The position numbers and the translations under genes are program-made. This document shows, one piece after another, positions 1-9,383 of a DNA stretch of 39,513 nt. This stretch comes from Candidatus Nezhaarchaeota archaeon WYZ-LMO8 (GTDB lineage: Archaea; Thermoproteota; Methanomethylicia; Nezhaarchaeales; WYZ-LMO8). The notes under the pieces were generated by a model, which made no database searches, was not told the origin of the DNA, and worked only from the letters and a program-made list of their open reading frames with translations. Where the stretch lies: contig QNVF01000007.1 in assembly GCA_004347965.1 (NCBI GenBank), positions 1 through 39,513 of the forward strand, given 5' to 3'. Position 1 is the first letter of the stretch. Each line of letters starts with the position of its first letter.

Positions 1-571
1 ACCAACCATCCGCGAACTTTGCCGTCATTTCTCTTGTTTTCGGTGAGTTGGCTCCGAAGTATATTGGTACAGGTTTTCTCTTTGGTTTTATTTGAAGAAA
101 AGCGTCTTTAAGGTGCCAGAACTTTCCTTGATAGTCAAGCCTATCCTTTAGCCAAAGCTCTCGAATGATCTTTGTGAACTCCATCATTCTTGAGAGCGGT
201 TTGTCCCACGTTATGCCGAACTGATTGAGATTCATGACCTCACCCGCTCCTAGACCTACTATTATTCTTCCTTGCGATATCTGGTCAATGGTTGCCACTA
301 GTTGAGCAAAGACTGCTGGATGTATTCTATGAGGGTCTGATACGCAAGTTCCTAACTCTATCTTTTCGGTTTGAGAAGCTATTACACTGAGGATCGGCCA
401 TACGTTTGGAACTATGCCCGTTGGTATCATTAATAAGTGGTCAGCAGCCCATATGGAGTCAAACCCTGCTTTTTCCGTTCTCACCCCAATTCTAATTAAC
501 GCATCAATAGGAGATACGGGGATCGGTAAAAGTTGTCCAAACTTTACTCGCTCCTCGCCCATAATTCTCAT
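1..571 (-). CDS. LLM-class (luciferase-like) flavin/F420-dependent oxidoreductase, 3' end runs off the window
   Basis: Absent from the ORF track; hand translation of the minus strand gives MRIMGEERVKFG...AGFDSIWAADHL...IELGTCVSDPHRIHPAVFAQLVATIDQISQGRIIVGLGAGE...PIYFGANSPKTREMTAKFADGW, which are typical LLM motifs. Start is 571 or 562, with GAGGT upstream. Confidence 0.88.
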   Translation of the reverse strand, partial: MRIMGEERVKFGQLLPIPVSPIDALIRIGVRTEKAGFDSIWAADHLLMIPTGIVPNVWPILSVIASQTEKIELGTCVSDPHRIHPAVFAQLVATIDQISQGRIIVGLGAGEVMNLNQFGITWDKPLSRMMEFTKIIRELWLKDRLDYQGKFWHLKDAFLQIKPKRKPVPIYFGANSPKTREMTAKFADGW

Positions 572-729
572 CTACCTCTTAATTTTTCTCGATACCACTT
601 AGATATCACTTACTATTACTATACAATTAACCCGTATATCTTTTGGTAAGGCTCTTAAACTATTAGATAGTTCACGTCGTTTATACCTCCATTGTAGAAC
701 ACCGCTGGTAACAACATTCTAAGTAAGTG

Positions 730-737
730 TTATAAAG
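730..737 (+). promoter_or_regulatory. Probable TATA box of the PiT gene
   Basis: TTATAAAG about 26 nt upstream of the ATG at 763. Confidence 0.4.
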
Positions 738-762
738 CGAGGCTCAAGAGAAAGAGAGTGAA

Positions 763-1797
763 ATGATAGAGATAGCACTCTACATAGCTGGATTAGCGGC
801 CTCAGCCTTCATGGCTTTCTGCATAGGGGCCAATGATGCTGCAAACCCAGTAGATCAGGCTGTTGGTGCAGGTACCTTAACTTTGAAGAGAGCACTCTTC
901 CTATTCTCACTCTTCACCATGACAGGAGCTTTAGTTCAAGGAAGATGTGTAATCAAGACTTTAGGAGCAGGAATAGTTCCGAAGATAGACATCATAGCTG
1001 CTTTAATAGCAGTTGTAGCTGCTGGAGCATGGGTGCTTACTGCCACTCTTCTCGGCTTACCCATTTCTACTTCACAAAGCATAACTGGAGCTGTAATAGG
1101 AGTGGGCTTGGCTTACGCTCTAAGGGGGTTGATAAGATTTGATGACATCAATTGGAGCGTTATGATAAGAATATTGCTAAGCTGGATTACGTCACCAGTT
1201 GTAGCCATAAGTTTAGTGGTTATCTTTTACTCCCTCTTCGTTAAGCTTGAAAGGTTTTTGAGAGCTAGGAGGTATGATTCTGAGAAACTCTTCTTAATCC
1301 TTCACGTAGTGTCAGTAGCTTTTGCTGCTTATGCGTTTGGTGCAAATGACGTTGCTAATGCTACCGGAGTATACCTTGCAGTAACACAAGAATACCTTGG
1401 ACTACCAACAGAGGAAGCAATGTTCATGCTCTCTGCACTTGGAGGTGTTTTTATAGCTATAGGTGGCTTTACGTTAGGGTATAGGGTTATAAGAACAACG
1501 GCTTTTAGGGTAACTAGGCTGGATCGTCCAAGCGGAGCTGCAGCAGGCTTCTCATTGGCACTAACAGTCTGGCTTTTCACCACAATACCTTACATGATAT
1601 GGGGCTTCGGAATGCCAATCTCGACAACTCACGTAAGTGTCTCATCGATAATAGGTGTTGGTATAGCAAGAGCTAAGAGTTTAAGAGGGCTAAACTTTAA
1701 GGTTGTGGCTGCCATCATAATCTCATGGCTTTTAACTGTTCCAATGACTATCGGGATAGCTTCATGCCTATATCTTGTAGTTCGAGTTTCCATGTAA
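763..1797 (+). CDS. Inorganic phosphate transporter, PiT family
   Basis: Two GANDxAN signatures (GANDAAN, GANDVAN), PISTSQ/PISTTH motifs and many transmembrane helices. Confidence 0.95.
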   Translation: MIEIALYIAGLAASAFMAFCIGANDAANPVDQAVGAGTLTLKRALFLFSLFTMTGALVQGRCVIKTLGAGIVPKIDIIAALIAVVAAGAWVLTATLLGLPISTSQSITGAVIGVGLAYALRGLIRFDDINWSVMIRILLSWITSPVVAISLVVIFYSLFVKLERFLRARRYDSEKLFLILHVVSVAFAAYAFGANDVANATGVYLAVTQEYLGLPTEEAMFMLSALGGVFIAIGGFTLGYRVIRTTAFRVTRLDRPSGAAAGFSLALTVWLFTTIPYMIWGFGMPISTTHVSVSSIIGVGIARAKSLRGLNFKVVAAIIISWLLTVPMTIGIASCLYLVVRVSM

Positions 1798-1859
1798 TCG
1801 TACAGCTTATTTAAAATAAAAATATATTTTGGGTTAAGTGTAGTAAAGTCTCAATAAGT

Positions 1860-2540
1860 GTGGTGAACTTTTTGGTTACTTGGATATGGGCGTCTAAGAG
1901 AATCGAAAAAGGCATAATGTCGAAGTGCATGGAGCATGGAACTAAAGTGTCAAATGTTGTTGAAGGTCTCGTTTCAGTACTTAAAGCTATAGATGAAGGG
2001 CGACTTAATGAAGTAGCTTCGATTTTTTCTAAGGTGTTTAAAGCAGAAAGAGAGGCTGATGAGATTAAGAGGGGGTTAATATACGATTTATCAAGGGCTA
2101 CCCTATTACCGCTTGACAGAGACTTCATAATGAGACTCACGCTAAGGTTAGACGATGTAGCTGACTACTCTAAAGCTGCGGCTAGAAGATTACTGATAGC
2201 TATACAGATAGGGATTATCTTAGACAAAGAGATTACATCAAGTCTTTTGAACATGGCGTCTAAACTTCATGAGGCCATGAACCTGATAAATCGAGCATTT
2301 AAGGAGTTAGCTGAAAGTCCTCAGAAGGCATTGAGCACAGCCGATGCGATAGAGCGAGTAGAGGAGGAAGTCGATGATTTAAGAACCTCGCTCTTAGAGT
2401 ACATATTCTTAAGGTGCGATGAGAAGGGACCTAAATGGTGCACAATAGTCAAAGAGATAGTAGATGAAATAGAGAACTCTGTTGATAGGTGCGAAAACGT
2501 TGCCGACATGATAAGGTACATAAGCGTTAGCTTGAGCTAA
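1860..2540 (+). CDS. DUF47/PhoU-like phosphate transport regulator
   Basis: All-helical repeats EREADEIKR...LLPLDRDFI..L...LDDVAD and EEEVDDLR...IENSVDRCENVAD; lies directly after PiT. Real start may be TTG 1872, after GGTGA. Confidence 0.9.
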   Translation: MVNFLVTWIWASKRIEKGIMSKCMEHGTKVSNVVEGLVSVLKAIDEGRLNEVASIFSKVFKAEREADEIKRGLIYDLSRATLLPLDRDFIMRLTLRLDDVADYSKAAARRLLIAIQIGIILDKEITSSLLNMASKLHEAMNLINRAFKELAESPQKALSTADAIERVEEEVDDLRTSLLEYIFLRCDEKGPKWCTIVKEIVDEIENSVDRCENVADMIRYISVSLS

Positions 2541-2587
2541 GAAGTTTTCTCCACGTAACCCTTTAATTGTCGGGTCATCACATATCG

Positions 2588-2642
2588 GGATGACGAGAGG
2601 GTCACGACATGAACCTATATACAATTGAATGTCCCTCCGACA
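2588..2642 (+). ncRNA. Candidate C/D-box sRNA
   Basis: ATGACGA (2590-2596), 12 nt, ATGA (2609-2612), then CCGA (2637-2640). The C' box is poor. Confidence 0.25.
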
Positions 2643-3131
2643 TCAGCTCTAAGTTACGGCTAATATAAACTCCTTATATCAAGTCATAGGTAGTTCATGA
2701 GTTACGAGGATCTCTCTACGTCTGGGGAATGTTCAAGCCCCATTGGAAACATAACTATTAGAAAGAACTTGAATAACTTAAGATCAGGGGTAAAAGCTTA
2801 GAACGAATAGCTTATGATCTAGCAAGGCATCGCTTATGGGGGTATGGTCGTTAATTGTAGAGTTATATCTACGGCCTTTAATTCAAAAAGTTACTGACGA
2901 ATAAGAAATCAAGCTTCACAGCTACGTACTCATCGGCTAAAAAGTTATGGTTGCTTGAACTCAGTTGCCGTAATTCGTGCGATGCATCAGATAGAGATGG
3001 AAGACTAGACGTCGATAATCACTTGCAAAGACTTAGCCTGTAGCCTAGCTTTTTAACTTTAAGCCAAGTAATTATTCTCCGATATTCAATTGCATGTTCC
3101 ATCATTTCTTGGCTAAACGCTAAGACGTATC

Positions 3132-3590
3132 TTATCGACTCCTCAAATACTCATTTCTTAACCTGTCTATCAAGCTCAAAAGTGCACTACTAAGCTCTAT
3201 GATGAGCTTATGAGGTACTACGTGGGCTTTTGGACATAATGGATCGACCACAATGCTATCTTTCTCTTCATCATATATAAGTGGGTATAAGCGGCAACCC
3301 TCAGGTCTATCTGGATAAATAATACAAGCATTAGTTCTTGGGTCAAGGAAGACGCAGTGCCCCTTCATGTTCTTCAACCTCGGTATTCGACCTCGACGAT
3401 CAACAAAGTACTCTTCAGGATAGCCAATCTTCTTAATTCTCTCTACGTCTCTCTTTGTAAGAGGCATTTTGGTGTCGTAACAGCACTTGCCGCATAACTC
3501 CTCATTGATCCTGCAATTAATGTAGAGAGTCGGATACATGCAGTTCAAAAGAAGTTGAGGGAACAAGTTAAAAATCTCTCCGGTCTTCAC
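3132..3590 (-). CDS. YkgJ-family cysteine-cluster (Fe-S/Zn) protein
   Basis: CGKCC...GHCVFLD...CIIYPDRPEGCRLYP motifs. Start is probably ATG 3542. Confidence 0.88.
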   Translation of the reverse strand: MKTGEIFNLFPQLLLNCMYPTLYINCRINEELCGKCCYDTKMPLTKRDVERIKKIGYPEEYFVDRRGRIPRLKNMKGHCVFLDPRTNACIIYPDRPEGCRLYPLIYDEEKDSIVVDPLCPKAHVVPHKLIIELSSALLSLIDRLRNEYLRSR

Positions 3591-3609
3591 ATTTTTTTGG
3601 GTTGCTAAA

Positions 3610-4380
3610 GTGGTCTTCGAAAGCAGTGTACGTTATGTAGCGGAGATGATTATTGAATCTAAGAAAACTGTAGCATTAACTGGGGCTGGAATATCAACTG
3701 AAAGTGGTATACCTGATTTCAGGGGTCCTGAAGGGCTGTGGAAGAAAATAGATCCTAGACTTGTAACCATACAATCCTTTAGGATGTTTCCAGAAGTTTT
3801 TTGGTACTTCATAGCTGAAAGATTCGAGAGCTTGATGAAGGCTCAACCAAATAAAGCACACTACGCCTTAGCTGAGCTTGAGAAAATTGGCAAACTTAGC
3901 TCAATAATAACTCAAAACGTCGATGGTCTCCACTTTAAAGCTGGGTCTAAAAACGTAATAGAGCTGCACGGTAACATGAGGGAAGCCATATGTATGAACT
4001 GCAGTACTATCGTGCCCATGGATGAGGCCCTAAAGATGGCCAAGAGGAATTACTACCTTCCGATGTGTAAAAGCTGTGGAGGAATCTTAAAGGCAAACGT
4101 CATACTATTCAATGAGCCTTTACCAAAAGAAGCGATCGAGAAAGCTCTTTGTGAGAGCAGAACATGCGACTTGATGTTGGTTATAGGAACATCATTACAA
4201 GTGTACCCAGCTGCATATATGCCAGCTATTGCGAAGCAGAGAGGGGCAAAGCTTGCGATAATAAACATGGAGCCAACACCGTTAGATGATAGCGCTGATG
4301 TAGTGATTCATGCAAAAGCTGGTGAAGTCCTGCCAGTAATAGTTGGGATCATTAAAGAAAAGCTTATGAGAGCATCCTAG
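3610..4380 (+). CDS. cobB: NAD-dependent protein deacylase, Sir2/CobB family
   Basis: TGAGISTESGIPDFRG, ITQNVDGLH, ELHGN, CxxC...CxxC zinc ribbon, GTSLQVYPA. Confidence 0.96.
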   Translation: MVFESSVRYVAEMIIESKKTVALTGAGISTESGIPDFRGPEGLWKKIDPRLVTIQSFRMFPEVFWYFIAERFESLMKAQPNKAHYALAELEKIGKLSSIITQNVDGLHFKAGSKNVIELHGNMREAICMNCSTIVPMDEALKMAKRNYYLPMCKSCGGILKANVILFNEPLPKEAIEKALCESRTCDLMLVIGTSLQVYPAAYMPAIAKQRGAKLAIINMEPTPLDDSADVVIHAKAGEVLPVIVGIIKEKLMRAS

Positions 4381-4475
4381 TTAATGCCTAACTTAAGAGG
4401 TCTTTCTATAGTAAAGCTTAAAGAGACATAATCTTATTTTGAAACACACTAACGATACACATTTTGAAGTAATGT

Positions 4476-4539
4476 CGATGATGAGTACTGTTTTTATTAA
4501 TTTAGATTAATTAGTGGGAGAAGCCAAGCGCCTCCGAGA
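4476..4539 (+). ncRNA. Candidate C/D-box sRNA
   Basis: Perfect C box ATGATGA (4478-4484), D-like CCGA (4534-4537) preceded by a 12-nt AGCCAAGCGCCT, and a short TC/GA terminal pair. Internal boxes are degenerate. Confidence 0.3.
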
Positions 4540-4662
4540 TTTTTAACCCTTTAATCCATATCCTCAAGACATGATAACCGCTTTCGCTATCAGTGCTTTG
4601 ATTTATTCTCACATGCTGAGGATCGATGAGACTCTACTTCACCGAGATAAATTTAAGTATTT

Positions 4663-5163
4663 GTGCGCTACGCTCTCCCAAGAGAAGTAATGAATACTTC
4701 AGGTGAGGACTTAATAGAGGTCAAAGTTACTGGAATAGCGATGACCACAACTCCTCAAGGACCCATACCTGTAGCCTTCTTAGAAGATTCTCAAGAGAGA
4801 GTTTTACTTCTAGCAATGGACGGGGCTCAGGCCATGAGCATTAAGTGTATGCTTGATAGAGAATCAATACAAACAATCCACGGCTTTATGCTAGACGTTC
4901 TAAATCAGCTACACGTAAAAGTTAAGAGGGCGATTATTTACGGTATGAGTGGTCCAAGATTTCTAACAAAGATAGCTCTAGAGACTAGTGAAGGTCTTAA
5001 AGAAATAGAAGGTAGGACGGGTGACATAGTAACTTTAGCTTCTATAGCCAATGCACCCATATTAGTGTCTAGTGAAATAATGAATGAAATTGCACTTGAT
5101 AAAGCGGAGCTTTATAAGCCATTACCGGAACCAGAAGAAGAGGAGGAAGGAGAAGAAACCTAA
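4663..5163 (+). CDS. Bifunctional nuclease family protein (DUF151/BFN)
   Basis: VKVTGI...PVAFLED..RVLLLAMD..QAMSI...TIHGFM...EIEGRTGDIVTLA..ANAPILV follows the DUF151 layout; acidic C-terminal tail. Start is probably ATG 4690. Confidence 0.75.
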   Translation: MRYALPREVMNTSGEDLIEVKVTGIAMTTTPQGPIPVAFLEDSQERVLLLAMDGAQAMSIKCMLDRESIQTIHGFMLDVLNQLHVKVKRAIIYGMSGPRFLTKIALETSEGLKEIEGRTGDIVTLASIANAPILVSSEIMNEIALDKAELYKPLPEPEEEEEGEET

Positions 5164-5188
5164 ACTTTCTTCTTCATTTTTGTTGTTG
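5164..5188 (+). terminator. Pyrimidine/T-rich terminator-like tract
   Basis: ACTTTCTTCTTCATTTTTGTTGTTG right after the stop, between convergent genes. Confidence 0.4.
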
Positions 5189-5283
5189 TAAAGATAGTAC
5201 AAAGTGAGCTGATTAACCCCCTTAGAAGGGCTAGAGAACGTAGTGAAGGCTATAGGGCTTCAAGATTTAGCAAGCTTCAATAT

Positions 5284-5742
5284 CTATTTGCTATCAACTT
5301 CACCCTTAATCATGTTTAGGGATCTTCTAATGCTTATTGCCACGTTTTCGAGCTCGTCGAGGTTACTTAACTTCGCTGGCCAGTATACGTAAATTTCGTC
5401 GCCAACCCATCTAGGTATCACGTGCACATGGACATGGAAAACGTGTTGCCAGGCTGCTCTACCATTGTTTTGAAGTATGTTTACCCCTTCAGCTCCAAGA
5501 GCCTTCTTGACTGCTTTGGCTATAAGACATGCTACGCCAAAGATGTGGGCTGCTTCCTTGAAAGGCATTTCGAGTACAGTTTCATAGTGTTTTTTAGGTA
5601 TAACTAGTAAGTGTCCTCTGTTTACTGGAGCTATGTCCATAATGGCGATGCATAGGTCATCCTCATACACCTTTACTGTCCTTTCAGTACCAGCTATGAT
5701 TTTGCAGAAAACGCACTTTGTACCATTGTTATGCATCTTCAT
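5284..5742 (-). CDS. HIT (histidine triad) family hydrolase
   Basis: CVFCKII, GHLLVIPKKH, HVFHVHVHVIPR. Start moved from 5826 to ATG 5742 (or 5736), which follows GGAGG. Confidence 0.95.
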   Translation of the reverse strand: MKMHNNGTKCVFCKIIAGTERTVKVYEDDLCIAIMDIAPVNRGHLLVIPKKHYETVLEMPFKEAAHIFGVACLIAKAVKKALGAEGVNILQNNGRAAWQHVFHVHVHVIPRWVGDEIYVYWPAKLSNLDELENVAISIRRSLNMIKGEVDSK

Positions 5743-5962
5743 TAACCTCCTTAAGGCATTACTTAAGCTAAATAACTTCAATCCTCTGAGCGAATAAGAT
5801 TTTATCAACACCACAGCATACGTCAACCCTCAAAGATTGATGTGTAAATCTAAGTTTACGATTTATTAGCAATTAAGCTCATGCCTTTGCCAAAGCATTT
5901 ACCTGGGACCTTAGGGAAGAGTTTTAATGCAATACTTAGTCACTTATTGTCGGTGTAATTAA

Positions 5963-6778
5963 TTGCTCAGAAACGTCATAGTCGAGGCTTTAATGTCTGC
6001 TAAGACTCGTTTTGCAGAACTTAAAGGATCTGATGAGGCTTACAAGGAGCTCGGTATTGGTGCTGGCGGTGACGTTATGAGACTTCTAGACTTTGAACTT
6101 GAAAAGGTGATAGTGGAATCCGTAACCAAAGATCTAGGAGACTTCACCCTAGTAAGTGAAGAAAGTGGGGTTAAAGAATGTGGGAAAGGAGAGTACGTAG
6201 TGGTAGTCGACCCATTAGATGGAAGCACGAATGCTTTAAGGGGTTATCCTGCTTGCAGCACAGCAATAGCGATAGCTAAAGGAGGATGCTTGGAGGACGT
6301 TGTCGCTGCAGGGGTCATTAACCTCGTGACTGGTGACCTCTATTATGCTGAGAAAGGCTTAGGAGCCTACATGAATAACTCGAAGATAAAGCCTCGCAAC
6401 ATAAGTAAGGTGGAGGAAGCCCTCATTGCTTTCGAACTAAACGTTAGAGGACAAATAAATGGCTATGTATCTAGAATTGCAGAGATCATTGAGAAGGCAA
6501 GGCATGTGAGGCTGATAGGTTCAGATGCTCTTGAAATATGCTTCATAGCTTCGGGAACCTCTGATGCCTTCATTGATTTAAGAGGTTTTCTAAGGGCACC
6601 AGACTTTGCTGCTTCGACATTCATTCTTAAGGAGGCTGGTGGGGTTGTAACTGACGCTTATGGGAACATGTTAAACTGCAAGCTAGACCCTAAAGCTAGA
6701 TCGACCATAATAGCTGCATGCACGATGGAGCTTCACAGGAACATAGTAAGTAGATTAAGAGAGATAAAGGAGAGGTGA
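5963..6778 (+). CDS. Inositol monophosphatase / fructose-1,6-bisphosphatase family
   Basis: GAGGD, LVSEESG, VVVDPLDGSTNA, RLIGSDALE, DFAASTFILKEAGG. Confidence 0.92.
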   Translation: MLRNVIVEALMSAKTRFAELKGSDEAYKELGIGAGGDVMRLLDFELEKVIVESVTKDLGDFTLVSEESGVKECGKGEYVVVVDPLDGSTNALRGYPACSTAIAIAKGGCLEDVVAAGVINLVTGDLYYAEKGLGAYMNNSKIKPRNISKVEEALIAFELNVRGQINGYVSRIAEIIEKARHVRLIGSDALEICFIASGTSDAFIDLRGFLRAPDFAASTFILKEAGGVVTDAYGNMLNCKLDPKARSTIIAACTMELHRNIVSRLREIKER

Positions 6779-6931
6779 TGCCCGCATAGTTTATGTAAAA
6801 TATTTTTCTTAGACTGTGTACGCTTAATAGTACTGAGATAAAATTCTAGTCTGGGTCTTGATGGTAAAGACAAGCATTAACCTCTTTAGCAGCAAGCGAC
6901 CTCAAGTTATCTACTGAAGTGAATCACTACC

Positions 6932-6960
6932 TTTATATCATTTAAACTTTGAAAGTTTAA
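6932..6960 (+). promoter_or_regulatory. TATA box followed by a perfect 19-bp palindrome (candidate operator)
   Basis: TTTATA at 6932-6937; TTAAACTTT-G-AAAGTTTAA at 6942-6960; ATG at 6976. Confidence 0.55.
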
Positions 6961-6975
6961 TGAGGGGTAGAACCC

Positions 6976-7797
6976 ATGCTGATCTGGCCTATCGAGCAAG
7001 TAGGGCTCTTGCCATTGCAAGCTATTACTATATTCTTCTTAGTTATCGTGGCAATCATAATCTTAGCATCATCGATAAAGATGGTTTATGAGTACGAGAG
7101 AGCAGTTATATTCAGGCTTGGAAGGCTTCTTGGAGCTAAGGGCCCAGGTCTCTTCTTTAGGATACCAATAGTTGACAGGTTCGTAAAGGTAGATTTGAGG
7201 GTTGTGACCATAGATGTCCCTAAGCAGAGGATAGTCACAAAAGACAACGTTACAGTTGACGTTGATGCAGTTATATACTACAGGGTATTTGATCCAGTAA
7301 AGGCAGTAACAGCAGTCGAAAACTACATATATGCGACAAGTCTCCTTGGACAGACCGTTTTAAGAGACATACTTGGACAATCAGAGCTTGACGAGCTGCT
7401 TGCTAAGAGAGAAGAGCTGAATAGGAAGCTAACTCAGACGCTGGACATACTTACTGATCCATGGGGCATTAAGGTTACGGCGGTCTCAATAAAGGACGTA
7501 AGCCTTCCTGAAAGCATGTTGAGGGCCATGGCTAAGCAAGCAGAGGCTGAGAGAGAAAGAAGATCCAGAATAATAGTTGCCGAGGGTGAATATCAGGCTT
7601 CTAAGATAATGGCTGAAGCAGCTAAAGCATATCAAGAGCAACCCGTGGCTCTCAGACTTAGGGAGCTTCAAACCCTCCTCGACATAGCTAGAGAAAGGAA
7701 CCTGATAATAATAGCTCCTCAATCACTAGGTGAAATGGGAACGATAATAGGTTTAGCATCAAGCATTAAGGAGAGGGAGAGAGGAAAAGGTGAATGA
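6976..7797 (+). CDS. Stomatin/SPFH (band 7, slipin) family membrane protein
   Basis: N-terminal TM helix, EYERAVIFRLGR, KGPGLFF, TKDNVTVDVDAV, DPWGIKVTAV, QAEAERERR. Confidence 0.96.
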   Translation: MLIWPIEQVGLLPLQAITIFFLVIVAIIILASSIKMVYEYERAVIFRLGRLLGAKGPGLFFRIPIVDRFVKVDLRVVTIDVPKQRIVTKDNVTVDVDAVIYYRVFDPVKAVTAVENYIYATSLLGQTVLRDILGQSELDELLAKREELNRKLTQTLDILTDPWGIKVTAVSIKDVSLPESMLRAMAKQAEAERERRSRIIVAEGEYQASKIMAEAAKAYQEQPVALRLRELQTLLDIARERNLIIIAPQSLGEMGTIIGLASSIKERERGKGE

Positions 7798-9127
7798 ACT
7801 ACCGGGGCTTAGGAATCTAAGCCCCCTCCTAATTTTTTCAGTACTTTTGGTGTTGAACTTTTTGACACCATATCCTATGATGTTGAGTGGACATGGCTCA
7901 ATAGCCTACGTTTTGAGGATTGAGGGAACCATAACCCCAGCTACTGCTATATACGTTGAAGAGGGCATTAAAGCTGCTATCGATGCGAGGGCATCAGCTA
8001 TTGTATTGCTATTAAACACTCCAGGAGGACTTCTTGATTCCACCATTAAGATTCTGGATAGCATAGAATTATCTCCCATACCAGTCATAGCTTATGTTTA
8101 TCCTAGAGGTGCTAGAGCTTGGTCCGCTGGAACCTACATACTAATAGGCTCGCATCTAGCAGCCATGGCACCCTACACGATTATAGGCTCTTGCCAGCCG
8201 GTTGATTTCACTGGTCAACTTATCAACGATACGAAGATAATCAATGCTTTAATGACATTAATGGAGCAGAAGGCCAAGGAGCGTGGTAGGAACGTTGATG
8301 TTGCAATCAGGTTCGTAACTGAGAACCTTAACCTAGGAGCTGACAAGGCTTACGAGCTTGGAGTAGTTGATGTACCGCCGGTTGACGGCTTGAGAGAACT
8401 CCTAAGTATGGTACATGGTATGAAAGTGAGCACGATAGCTGGGCTAGTAACGCTAGAAACAAGTAGCGCAGAATTAGTTGAGTACAGCCCCTCTCTAAGG
8501 GTTGCTTTATTAAGCGCAATATCGGACCCACAGATTGCTTACATACTAATGACCGTCGGGGTATTGGCCTTAATATTTGGGCTTGCCTCGGCCATCTATC
8601 CTTCGGCCATCATAGGTGCAATAATGACTATTCTTGGCATAATTGGGTTGGGAGCTACACCTCTAAACCTAGGATCCCTAGCACTCATAGCCTTAGGGCT
8701 GATACTCTTACTCATAGAAGCTTTAACGCCCGGTTTTGGTCTCTTCGGTGTATCAGGTATAATATCTATTGTGTTAGGAGGATTGCTTATGATAACTCTT
8801 GAACCTGCTAAGTGGGCAGTAAGCCCAGAATGGATGACATCATTTATGTGGACCATAGTTGCTACGATAACTCCCATAACGGTCTTTGCAGCCTTCGTGG
8901 CTTACAAGGTCATTAAGGTTAGAAGAAGAAAGCCAAGCATAGGAGCAATAGTTGGTGAAATAGCTGAAGCTCTAGATGATATAGAGGAAGGAGGTATCGG
9001 CTTTGTGCGTTTTCATGGAGAGCTTTGGATGGCAAAGGCTACGAGGAAGGTCTCTAAGGGCTCTATGGTGAGGATAATAGGCAAAGAAGGTCCAAGACTC
9101 ATAGTTGAACCTCAAGAGCAGAAGTGA
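7790..9127 (+). CDS. nfeD: NfeD long form (membrane-bound ClpP-class serine protease)
   Basis: LNTPGG, AWSAGTYI, AAMAP, a TM block with EALTPGFG, and a C-terminal OB domain with FHGELWMA. Overlaps the stomatin stop. Confidence 0.93.
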   Translation: MNELPGLRNLSPLLIFSVLLVLNFLTPYPMMLSGHGSIAYVLRIEGTITPATAIYVEEGIKAAIDARASAIVLLLNTPGGLLDSTIKILDSIELSPIPVIAYVYPRGARAWSAGTYILIGSHLAAMAPYTIIGSCQPVDFTGQLINDTKIINALMTLMEQKAKERGRNVDVAIRFVTENLNLGADKAYELGVVDVPPVDGLRELLSMVHGMKVSTIAGLVTLETSSAELVEYSPSLRVALLSAISDPQIAYILMTVGVLALIFGLASAIYPSAIIGAIMTILGIIGLGATPLNLGSLALIALGLILLLIEALTPGFGLFGVSGIISIVLGGLLMITLEPAKWAVSPEWMTSFMWTIVATITPITVFAAFVAYKVIKVRRRKPSIGAIVGEIAEALDDIEEGGIGFVRFHGELWMAKATRKVSKGSMVRIIGKEGPRLIVEPQEQK

Positions 9128-9383
9128 TATGATTGTTCGCAGAGGTCATTAGAGCTTAGAGCAGCATGACGTGGATTAAACTACGTAGTAGAAATTATGA
9201 GGTACATGAGCATCGAAGATTCGGGGTTCGAAGTGAAGGTCTCATCAATAAATCGATGAGGGCCAAAGTACATGCGTTGAAGTGTAGCGAATCACATGAT
9301 AACAATAGAGAGATACTCCACAGAATCTCGAGGTTAATTCGATGGTTGTACGTCAATGAGACATCATTTGTAAAGGTAAGAGT

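Noticed and set aside
414..602. 62-aa plus-strand ORF
   Set aside because: Antisense shadow of the LLM oxidoreductase on the minus strand.
2724..2741. GGGG-AATGTTCAAG-CCCC, resembling a tRNA T-arm or att site
   Set aside because: Loop geometry is wrong and there are no acceptor, D or anticodon arms nearby.
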